Shown here one piece after another: positions 1 to 6,442 of a DNA stretch of 40,298 bases. Numbering within the stretch: position 1 is the first letter of the stretch; every line of letters begins with the position of its first letter. The notes beneath the pieces are model-generated. The model had not been told where the DNA came from. It was given only the letters and a program-made list of their open reading frames with translations, and made no database searches. The stretch lies in IMG/VR virus record IMGVR_UViG_3300027357_000001. One strand, written 5' to 3'. The stretch comes from a virus. The position numbers and the translations under genes were made by a program.

Positions 1-51
1 ACTGGCGCGAGAGACGGGACTCGAACCCGCGGCCTCCGCCGTGACAGGGCG
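1..51. repeat. Left att direct repeat (integrase-distal junction); displaced 3' fragment of tRNA-Asp
   Basis: Nucleotides 1-51 are identical to 40248-40298. The reverse complement of 3-51 is the anticodon-stem-to-CCA part of tRNA-Asp(GUC). The adjacent 50 nt contain no D-arm and no 5' acceptor strand (GCGAGAG), so this copy is a fragment. Confidence 0.85.
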
Positions 52-142
52 AGTAAAATCCAATCAATTCAACGTCCGGGCATACTTTCGAGCCTTTATT
101 ATATGTCAGAAAGCTCAAAAGTATTTCTGAGGTAGCGCGACC

Positions 143-706
143 GTGACAGAACAGCTTTTCCTGTGCCGGAACACCCAAGACTGCGCGCCGCCCATTCGTA
201 AAGAAATCGGCACCAACCTTTCCCGAAACTGGCGTACTCGGTCTGTTCTCGCTAGGCTGGGCCCCGTGCCCACCCTCACCCGACGCCTTGACCCTGACAG
301 CCGCAACTGCTGGCAAATCTGGTACGGCGACATCCATGCCGGCGCGATCGCACGCGCGGTCGGCAACCCCGGCAACGCCGAGCGCTGGAACTGGCATTGC
401 GGCTTCTATCCCGGCAGCGAGCCCGGCGACTGCACGTCGGGGAGTGCCGACACCTTCCCCGAGGCGAGAGACGCCTTCCTCAACGCCTGGGCGATCTTCC
501 TGTCGAAGCGCACCGAGGCCGACTTCGAAGAATGGCGCCACAAGCGGGACTCGACGGCCTGGCTCTATCGGATGTGGGACGAGGGCACGAAGTTGCCGAC
601 GCAGGTCACTTCCGGCCAGGCGCGCTGCTTCTGCGGGGCCGAGATCACCGCGGCGACGATGCCGGCGCACATCGACCAATGTCACCGCTTAGGACAGACC
701 CCATGA
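143..706 (+). CDS. Hypothetical protein with C-terminal Cys/His cluster (att-proximal accessory gene)
   Basis: GTG-initiated 187-aa ORF. The C-terminal two thirds look protein-like (WQIWYGD, WNWHCGFYPG, CFCGAEI...HIDQCH). The start is uncertain (alternative GTG at 266). Its stop overlaps the next ATG (ATGA at 703-706). Confidence 0.6.
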   Translation: MTEQLFLCRNTQDCAPPIRKEIGTNLSRNWRTRSVLARLGPVPTLTRRLDPDSRNCWQIWYGDIHAGAIARAVGNPGNAERWNWHCGFYPGSEPGDCTSGSADTFPEARDAFLNAWAIFLSKRTEADFEEWRHKRDSTAWLYRMWDEGTKLPTQVTSGQARCFCGAEITAATMPAHIDQCHRLGQTP

Positions 707-988
707 AATATGTCGACGACCGCCCCAAGGAGCAGCGCCGGCCCTACGCCAACCCCGAGAAGGCGGCGCGCCGGCTGATGGAGCACGCCTTCAAGTTCGA
801 GCCGATCCAGGACGGCCGGATCTATATCGAGGTGATCAACGGGCCATTCATCTTGGAGGACAAGGCGACGCCGGCCGAATACCGCGCCGGCTTGAATTTC
901 GCGATCGAGCGCGGCTGGCTCGAGCCTGTCCACGAGAGCGGCACCTTTCACGAGGATGACGCAGGCTGGCAAGGACCTATTTGCCTGA
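703..988 (+). pseudogene. Small hypothetical protein, apparently frameshifted (or sequencing error) at the T-run 946-948
   Basis: The ATG at 703 opens a protein-like frame (MKYVDDRPKEQ...AIERGWLEPVHESGTF). After 948 this frame degenerates into an Arg/Ser/Pro-rich tail running to 1095, across the next gene. The +1 frame from 950 reads TRMTQAGKDLFA-stop, ending at 988 just before the next start. Confidence 0.5.
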
Positions 989-1028
989 CCGATTCGCAAA
1001 GCCAGCTCGGGCTACCTATCTTCCGGCT

Positions 1029-1244
1029 ATGCCCATCACCCGCAAGCCGATCGAGATCCCGACTGAGGCGGCGCGCCAGTTCGCGGCCGATATGAAGGCT
1101 TACCACGCCGAGCGAAGCCAGATCCGGCGCGACGAGATCGCCGCAATGACCAGGAGCCTATTGCTTGGCCATATGCCCGCCGGCGCGAAGCTGCGGTTGA
1201 GCGAGGTCAAAGAGCTTTTCGAGCAAATGAGGGACGGCCGATGA
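1029..1244 (+). CDS. Hypothetical protein, 71 aa
   Basis: ATG at 1029 within track ORF 981-1244. Sequence is protein-like (MPITRKPIEIPTEAARQFAADMKAYHAERSQ...). Its stop overlaps the next ATG (ATGA 1241-1244). Confidence 0.6.
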   Translation: MPITRKPIEIPTEAARQFAADMKAYHAERSQIRRDEIAAMTRSLLLGHMPAGAKLRLSEVKELFEQMRDGR

Positions 1245-1414
1245 ATAAAGTCTGGGTCTACATCAACACCGACGTGCGGCCAGCCGATGAGGAAGGCCTG
1301 CGCCTGCTCGATAAGGACGGCATCAAGATTTTTCGGACGAGCGAGGCGGCCGAAAAATGGATTGAAGAGCACGACCGGGCGGGCGTCGCGTTCAGCTACG
1401 ATGTCCTGGAGTGA
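1241..1414 (+). CDS. Hypothetical small protein, 57 aa (below ORF-track cutoff)
   Basis: Hand translation: MNKVWVYINTDVRPADEEGLRLLDKDGIKIFRTSEAAEKWIEEHDRAGVAFSYDVLE. It is coupled to the upstream gene through an ATGA overlap. Confidence 0.55.
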   Translation: MNKVWVYINTDVRPADEEGLRLLDKDGIKIFRTSEAAEKWIEEHDRAGVAFSYDVLE

Positions 1415-1488
1415 GACGCCCGAAGTTCATCTTGGGCGCGTGCCTGTTCTGGATCCTCTTCGCCCTGGTCTGGGCCCTCCTCCGATGA
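1411..1488 (+). CDS. Possible 25-aa hydrophobic peptide
   Basis: A GTG at 1411 overlaps the previous stop (GTGA). Translation is VRRPKFILGACLFWILFALVWALLR, a single TM-like segment. It ends at the A-run of the terminator. Very short, so speculative. Confidence 0.25.
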   Translation: MRRPKFILGACLFWILFALVWALLR

Positions 1489-1518
1489 AAAAAGGCGCCG
1501 CTCCTACGGGAGAGCGGC
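1488..1518 (-). terminator. Rho-independent terminator closing the minus-strand late/lysis transcription unit
   Basis: On the minus strand, a 7-bp stem GCCGCTC/GAGCGGC (1497-1503 / 1512-1518) with an 8-nt loop is followed by GCC and TTTTTT (plus-strand A-run 1488-1493). It lies 56 nt downstream of the last minus-strand gene. Confidence 0.7.
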
Positions 1519-1573
1519 TCCAGTCTCCAGGAGACCCGTCAGCCGGGCCAGGTTTCGGCGCGAACGCCGAATT

Positions 1574-1915
1574 TCAGGCGGCGGCGTTCGATCCGGTGGT
1601 GCCGATATGGCCGAATGCGAGCTGCGTCCGGAGCAAGTATCCCTCCAGAGCCCAAATCTTGTTGCGGGCATTGTCGCGAGCGATCCGGCGGCCGATCGCG
1701 GCGTCAAAATTCTCGGGCGACGCCGCAGCGCTCTCGCCGGTCACGATGAACCCATTGCGCAGCGTCAGCGCGCAAATGGTCATGGTGGTGCCCGGGAAGA
1801 CGTGGAACGCCTCGCCGACGATCGTTTCATCGATGGCCCGCGGCGTCAGCCGCGGAGCATTCAGCCCCTTCGTTTTCAGTTCGGCTTCAATCGCGGCTTC
1901 GCTCGCGCTCAACAT
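1574..1915 (-). CDS. N4 Gp49 / Sf6 gene 66-family phage protein
   Basis: 113 aa. The block FHVFPGTTMTICALTLRNGFIVTGESAAASPENFDAAIGRRIARDNARNKIWALEGYLL is the pattern I recognise for this family. Confidence 0.75.
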   Translation of the reverse strand: MLSASEAAIEAELKTKGLNAPRLTPRAIDETIVGEAFHVFPGTTMTICALTLRNGFIVTGESAAASPENFDAAIGRRIARDNARNKIWALEGYLLRTQLAFGHIGTTGSNAAA

Positions 1916-1936
1916 GCAGTCTCTTCCTCTGTGGGA

Positions 1937-2248
1937 TTACCGGGAGCCGCCCGGCGCGGAAATCGTTGACGGCGGCGCTGCCGCGCTCGCCTTGAAGCCT
2001 GTCCAGAACGCCCACACGGCGCCGCTCACGGCCGCGCCGACCACGCCGGCAATGATGACGTTGCGAAGATGCCGGGCCGCATAGTGCATGTTCCGCAGGA
2101 ACGAGAATTGGCCCTGCACGGAGATAACGGACGCCGGGTTGGAGACGTCCATTCCGAGCGTGAGAAACGTTTCTGCAACGGCCGCCTTCGCGGCCATCCG
2201 CGCCACTTCCTCGAACTCGCTGCGCTGGGCCGGTGACAGCGACATCAC
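1937..2248 (-). CDS. Small membrane protein at the end of the lysis cassette
   Basis: 103 aa with a C-terminal TM segment (VIIAGVVGAAVSGAVWAFWTGF). Its ATG overlaps the o-spanin stop (ATGA 2245-2248). Confidence 0.65.
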   Translation of the reverse strand: MMSLSPAQRSEFEEVARMAAKAAVAETFLTLGMDVSNPASVISVQGQFSFLRNMHYAARHLRNVIIAGVVGAAVSGAVWAFWTGFKASAAAPPSTISAPGGSR

Positions 2249-2580
2249 CGCGCCCCATAGCTGGCGCGAACGCCGTCGTACCAGCCAGGCACCGCACCGA
2301 GCCGCGCGCGCACTTCCTGGTCATCGGAGACCGTCAGGCGCAGCATGGCGCGAACGTCCTTGCCGGCGCAGCCCTTCACCTTGAACCAGGGGAAATGGCA
2401 TTGCGTGTCGAGATGCGGCACGGCCGGCGCTTTCGCGATCTTATCGGGCGCCGGCGGCAGCTCGCGGGCGATCGGCGGCGGCGGAAGATCCTCGCGGGAG
2501 GTGGCGCACCCCGCCAAAAGGATCAAACTTGCAACGGTCATCAGTCTCGAGCTGACGAATATATTCGACGTCGCTTTCAT
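2245..2580 (-). CDS. Outer-membrane lipoprotein spanin (o-spanin, Rz1-like)
   Basis: Internal ATG at 2580 of track ORF 2245-2712. It has a signal peptide with lipobox (MKATSNIFVSSRLMTVASLILLAGC) and a Pro-rich mature N-terminus (LPPPPIARELPPAPD). The gene starts inside the i-spanin gene in another frame and extends beyond it. Confidence 0.75.
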   Translation of the reverse strand: MKATSNIFVSSRLMTVASLILLAGCATSREDLPPPPIARELPPAPDKIAKAPAVPHLDTQCHFPWFKVKGCAGKDVRAMLRLTVSDDQEVRARLGAVPGWYDGVRASYGAR

Positions 2581-2947
2581 GTTGTGCCTGGGCCCCTTCG
2601 GCGATTGCGCTCGCTCGCGCCGCATCATCAGCACGCGCTTTGCGTGAATTTTCCAAGTCGGCGCGCTGCGCGGCGATGGTTGCCCGCAGATTTTTCGCCT
2701 CTTCGCGCTCATCTGAGACGCGAAAGCCGATCATGAAGAACAGGAGCGCGGCGACCAGGACGGCGACCATCCGGGCGGCTGCGACGTAAGGCGCGAGCTG
2801 CGCGGCGAACCATGGCAACGGCAAATGACCGACGGCGAAAGCCACGGCGAGAACGAGCCCGTCGAGCCCGAGCGCGAAATAGGACGTCGCGACGCCCCAA
2901 AAGAGATCGCCGATCAAGATTTGACCTCGCATTTGAAGATTGCACAC
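2441..2947 (-). CDS. Inner-membrane spanin-like protein (Rz-like) with an extended multi-TM N-terminus
   Basis: 168 aa. Hydrophobic segments at roughly aa 10-40 and 60-75 are followed by a charged coiled-coil-like region (SDEREEAKNLRATIAAQRADLENSRKARADDAARAS). The o-spanin gene overlaps it. The start is uncertain (2947, 2932 or 2770). Confidence 0.6.
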   Translation of the reverse strand: MCNLQMRGQILIGDLFWGVATSYFALGLDGLVLAVAFAVGHLPLPWFAAQLAPYVAAARMVAVLVAALLFFMIGFRVSDEREEAKNLRATIAAQRADLENSRKARADDAARASAIAEGAQAQHESDVEYIRQLETDDRCKFDPFGGVRHLPRGSSAAADRPRAAAGAR

Positions 2948-3621
2948 CAGATGCGCCGGCCCCAGCTCACCTTCGCCGGCGCCGTCGGTGCGGGAGCCGG
3001 TTCAACAGCAGGCGCGGGAGCGGTCGCGACCACGACGGGCGCGGGCAGCGGAGCCGGGAAAGCTGGAGCCTCGACCGCGGGCGGTTTCGGTGCGCGCGCG
3101 GCGTCCAAACACTTCCGCCGCTCCTTTGCGCGGCGATTGATCAGGCCGCGTTGCACCACAAGCGGGGTGCCCGGCCCATTCGGGCGCGACGAAATGCGCC
3201 AACCGGTATAGTTGCCGTTCTCGTCTTTGGTCAGGATCGCGCGGCACCCGCCGAGCACGTCGCCCTTATTCCAAAGGCGGACCATCGGCGATCGGCATAC
3301 GGCAGGCGCCCCGGCATTGTACGAGAGCGAAATAGCCATAGCGCGCACGCCATCCGGCAGTTGAGCCGTGATGCACTCGCCGATTTCCCGGTCATAGGTA
3401 TCGGCCAACCGACGTTGCAGCCGATCGGACCAATATTTCTCACTGTGCGTTTCACCGAGGCGCACGCCGACTGTTTCGCCATAACCACCCGTCGGCAGAC
3501 CGCCGGCCAGGTGATCTGGAACGACCTTCGGCGCGTAGCCCTCGAACTGCTTGACGGACGTGCAAGCGATGCAGAGCGCCGCAGCGCTCGCGACCGTGAC
3601 GGTAGTTTTGCGGGCGCTCAT
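2914..3621 (-). CDS. SAR-type endolysin (phage lysozyme, GH24-like) with Pro/Ala-rich C-terminal tail
   Basis: ATG at 3621 within track ORF 2914-3840. The N-terminus is weakly hydrophobic (MSARKTTVTVASAAALCIACTSV). It is followed by the lysozyme signature FEGY-x7-D-x7-T-GGYGET. The C-terminus reads APKPPAVEAPAFPAPLPAPVVVATAPAPAVEPAPAPTAPAK. Confidence 0.8.
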   Translation of the reverse strand: MSARKTTVTVASAAALCIACTSVKQFEGYAPKVVPDHLAGGLPTGGYGETVGVRLGETHSEKYWSDRLQRRLADTYDREIGECITAQLPDGVRAMAISLSYNAGAPAVCRSPMVRLWNKGDVLGGCRAILTKDENGNYTGWRISSRPNGPGTPLVVQRGLINRRAKERRKCLDAARAPKPPAVEAPAFPAPLPAPVVVATAPAPAVEPAPAPTAPAKVSWGRRIWCAIFKCEVKS

Positions 3622-3833
3622 TCCGGCTCCTTTTGCTTGGCAAGCCGGGCAAGCGGGATCACCGCCGTATTGAAAAACACGCTGAGGGCGACCAGGAACC
3701 ACGGATTGAAAATGTCCGTGAAGGCCCCGAGCACGCCGGCAACGCCGTTGAACACGCCGACGGCGAGCGAGATCCTGATAACCCACAGCCGGTGGAATTC
3801 CCGGCGCGCGTTCTCGATCAATTTGAGCTTCAC
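3618..3833 (-). CDS. Holin (two TM segments)
   Basis: 71 aa with TM1 WVIRISLAVGVFNGVAGVLGAF, TM2 WFLVALSVFFNTAVIPLARL and a charged C-terminus. Its stop overlaps the endolysin ATG (ATGA 3618-3621). Confidence 0.75.
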   Translation of the reverse strand: MKLKLIENARREFHRLWVIRISLAVGVFNGVAGVLGAFTDIFNPWFLVALSVFFNTAVIPLARLAKQKEPE

Positions 3834-3946
3834 ATGGCACCCATTTCCGTCGAGAAAACCGCTCGATCGGGTCAGGGCTACCCCCGCGCCGTTAGTAGAA
3901 TGTGCGCCGGATTGATCGCTCCCCGGTTGTGGTGCTAGGAAGGCAC

Positions 3947-4564
3947 ATGTTTCGTTTTTTTGCCTTGATTTCCGCCGCGGTCGTTGCCGGTGCCGTCAGC
4001 GCTCATGACCACCTCGAGACAAGGCTGTTCATCATCCGCAGCCAGCTCGCCCAAGCTGGGCCGGACCCGATCGTTTTCGGCGGCGATAGCATCACGGAAG
4101 CCGAGCTGTTGCCGGCCGACGTCTGCGGGCACCGCGTCATCAACGCGGGCATAGGAGGAGCGACAGCCTACCAGTATGCCATCGCCATTCGTCGCCTCGA
4201 CTTCAAGGCAGCGGCTTTCGTGCTCGCGATCGGCACCAACGATGCGCAGCCGGGCAGCGTTGCGGAATTTCCCGACCGCTACCGCTTCCTTTCAAAGGCC
4301 CTCGTCGCGAGATCCGGCGTCGTGCTGTATGCGGGCATCCCAACGCTGGAAGCTGGCCCAATTGCAGAGCAATTCGATCCGGCAAGCTCCGACGAAATCA
4401 ATCGATCAATCGGAGATTACGCTGGCCGCGATTTCATCGACATTCGGGCCGCGCTTTCCAAGACAGATCGAAAGACGATCGACGGCGTGCACCTTTCGCC
4501 GAGCGCGCAAGCCATCTGGCTCGACACGATCCTTGCGCGCCTGAAATCGGCGATCGGATGCTAG
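3947..4564 (+). CDS. Secreted SGNH/GDSL-family hydrolase (esterase/deacetylase-type), moron
   Basis: ATG at 3947 preceded by AGGAAGG. Signal peptide MFRFFALISAAVVAGAVSA. SGNH blocks are GGDSIT (block I), GIGG (block II), GTNDA (block III) and DGVHLS (block V). It is the only plus-strand CDS inside the late region. Confidence 0.8.
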   Translation: MFRFFALISAAVVAGAVSAHDHLETRLFIIRSQLAQAGPDPIVFGGDSITEAELLPADVCGHRVINAGIGGATAYQYAIAIRRLDFKAAAFVLAIGTNDAQPGSVAEFPDRYRFLSKALVARSGVVLYAGIPTLEAGPIAEQFDPASSDEINRSIGDYAGRDFIDIRAALSKTDRKTIDGVHLSPSAQAIWLDTILARLKSAIGC

Positions 4565-5592
4565 ATAATCCGGATAATGTAGTTGCAAATGATTGTCGGC
4601 TGAACGTTCAAGTGCCCCGCCCCGCCGGTATTATTAGAAGTGGACGAAACAGTACCGGAGGCGCTACCGCTCGACGCCAATGTGCCAACGCTGAAACCGG
4701 CACCGGCGGAAACACCACCTGTTGGCCCGCCTGCTTGAGCTGAAAACGCCGAGGCGTCATTGGCTTGCTGAGCAACATACCTTGAGCTGCTCACGGAGAC
4801 CCCAAGATTAGCCGACGCCGTCGACGTAATCTGCGGGATTTGAGTAGGCGACAGGACTTGGCCCTCTGAGCCGCCGGCTGTACCGACAACGTTCCCAGCT
4901 CCAAAATATGAGAGGGTCAGGCGTCCAGCAGTTGAACCGCCCATGCCATCATTCGCGGCCGACACGCGGCCTCGCTTGTCAGGCAGATTGAATGTGGTTG
5001 AACCGTCACCGCCGCCGAACTGCGTGCCGATCAACGCAAAAAGGGTTGCATACGTCGTTCGCGATATCGCCTGCCCCACCGGAAAAGCGAAATTGTTGCT
5101 CGGAACGGAGCTGCCCCAATAGTCCATCCCGGCGCCGATCGGCATCACGTATGGGACTTGATAGAAATTCTTCATCCGCCATTGGTTGACGGAGCTGAGG
5201 TATACCGCCTCATAAACCGACCCGACAATGAGCGTCCCGGCCGGAACGGGCGTATACCCGCTAGCGCTATCCATAATCAGCGCTGCCGCGCCATAACCGT
5301 CGACGCTCAAGGTCGGATTTTGCCCGTTCGTCACGTGCATCATGAACGAGATCTCGGCGCCGTTCATCGCAGCTTGAGAGACGAAGCCTTGGTTGCTCGT
5401 CAGGGAGTACGCTGTCGCGGTGCCGCTGGTGAACAGGAGCCCGGCGGTATCATCCCGATACTTGGCAGTTGCCGCCATCATCGCGCGGGCGCTATCGTTG
5501 ATCGTGGATGGCGCCTGCCCTTCCTGCCAGTTGATCGTTGCATCGGCGGTCGCGTCCGCCGCGGCAGTCTGGGACCATTTGTAGAGCGTCAT
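4561..5592 (-). CDS. Tail fibre protein with phage tail-collar domain
   Basis: 343 aa. Collar-domain signature: AISRTTYATLFALIGTQFGGGDGSTTFNLPDKRGR. Gly/Ser/Thr-rich C-terminus. Confidence 0.85.
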   Translation of the reverse strand: MTLYKWSQTAAADATADATINWQEGQAPSTINDSARAMMAATAKYRDDTAGLLFTSGTATAYSLTSNQGFVSQAAMNGAEISFMMHVTNGQNPTLSVDGYGAAALIMDSASGYTPVPAGTLIVGSVYEAVYLSSVNQWRMKNFYQVPYVMPIGAGMDYWGSSVPSNNFAFPVGQAISRTTYATLFALIGTQFGGGDGSTTFNLPDKRGRVSAANDGMGGSTAGRLTLSYFGAGNVVGTAGGSEGQVLSPTQIPQITSTASANLGVSVSSSRYVAQQANDASAFSAQAGGPTGGVSAGAGFSVGTLASSGSASGTVSSTSNNTGGAGHLNVQPTIICNYIIRII

Positions 5593-6293
5593 CCTATCTT
5601 ACCCCTGAAAGAAAACGGCGCGAGCTTAAGGCCGTAGACGTTAGGGCGAGCGGGCAAGAAATTTGTGCCTTGTGGCACCGCCGTGAGCTGAGCGAGGTTG
5701 ATCGCGGGACCACCACCTCCCGATCCCGTGATTTGGACCGCCGGCGCCGATTGCGCTGGCGCTTCCACCGCCGCGATTGAGCCAGCAGGCGCGGCCGCCG
5801 GCGCCGAGGCCGCGGCGGAAGGCCCCGCCATCGACATCGGCGCGGCGCCCTTTCCGCCCATTTTCCGATCCGCCCAGGCCGCAAGATCGCCGGCCGTCAT
5901 TTTCCCGACGAACGGGTTCGCCTTGACCACCCCGGCACCAAGGACCGCCCCGGCCGGCGTCGACGGATCGGCGCTCAAGATCCCAACCGCGCCTTGCGGC
6001 CCGGCGAAATGGGCGAGGTATTGCGTTCCGGGCGTGACAGGAAGCCCGGCACCCTTTAGAATCCCGGCGTTATCCGCGGCGTAGGCCGCCGTCATTTCGC
6101 GAGAAAGGGCCGGGTCGGATTTGAGTGCGAGCAGATCATCCCTCGATCCGGTGATGTCCGGCCGATGCTTAGCCAGCATGTCGAGCCAGGTACTATCGAT
6201 GAACTGCCCCGGCCCAGAGGCCGACGAATTCGGGTTCTTCGCGTTCGCGTTTCCGCCGCTTTCCACCCCAACGATTTGATCAACGAGGCTCAT
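5589..6293 (-). CDS. Virion-associated lytic transglycosylase (SLT-like) protein
   Basis: 234 aa. The N-terminus VGVESGGNANAKNPNSSASGPGQFIDSTW matches the SLT catalytic motif (ES-G...A.NP.SSA.G..QF). The C-terminus is Ala/Pro-rich. Confidence 0.8.
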   Translation of the reverse strand: MSLVDQIVGVESGGNANAKNPNSSASGPGQFIDSTWLDMLAKHRPDITGSRDDLLALKSDPALSREMTAAYAADNAGILKGAGLPVTPGTQYLAHFAGPQGAVGILSADPSTPAGAVLGAGVVKANPFVGKMTAGDLAAWADRKMGGKGAAPMSMAGPSAAASAPAAAPAGSIAAVEAPAQSAPAVQITGSGGGGPAINLAQLTAVPQGTNFLPARPNVYGLKLAPFSFRGKIG

Positions 6294-6418
6294 TTGCGCA
6301 CCAGAATTCTTGCCTGTGTCGTTCTCTTCGCGATCGCCATGGAAGGCGTAAGGCTTGCCGCTAAGGGCGTCGTCGGAGAGTTTGGTATCATCGGCGGGTT
6401 AGTGGTCATTGCGCTCAT
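6290..6418 (-). CDS. Possible 42-aa coupled ORF (ambiguous with a plus-strand ORF)
   Basis: Minus-strand ATG at 6418 lies 11 nt downstream of AGGAGG. Its TGA overlaps the ATG of the transglycosylase gene (ATGA 6290-6293). The peptide is not convincingly protein-like, and a TM-rich plus-strand reading exists in the same gap. Confidence 0.3.
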   Translation of the reverse strand: MSAMTTNPPMIPNSPTTPLAASLTPSMAIAKRTTQARILVRK

Positions 6419-6442
6419 GTACGCCGGCGCCTCCTGGTACGA

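Noticed and set aside
1-100. The left-end copy considered as an intact tRNA gene.
   Set aside because: The reverse complement beyond nt 51 lacks the D arm and the 5' acceptor strand GCGAGAG needed to pair with CTCTCGC. Only the 3' 49 nt are tRNA-derived.
397-702. N-terminal extensions of track ORFs. Examples: 397-1095, 2245-2712, 2914-3840, 11243-12364, 12109-12696, 12503-12889, 15485-16672, 26535-27530, 28704-29969, 33221-34390, 36431-37099.
   Set aside because: The upstream portions are Arg/Pro-rich and overlap the preceding genes. Internal starts with SD sequences or ATGA/GTGA coupling give products that begin at recognisable N-termini such as signal peptides or family motifs.
4601-4610. 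Related palindromes TGAACGTTCA (4601-4610) and GAACGTTC (27163-27170) considered as further members of the GAAACGTTTC family.
   Set aside because: They share only the AACGTT core. Shorter, GC-richer variants are much more likely by chance, so they were not counted.
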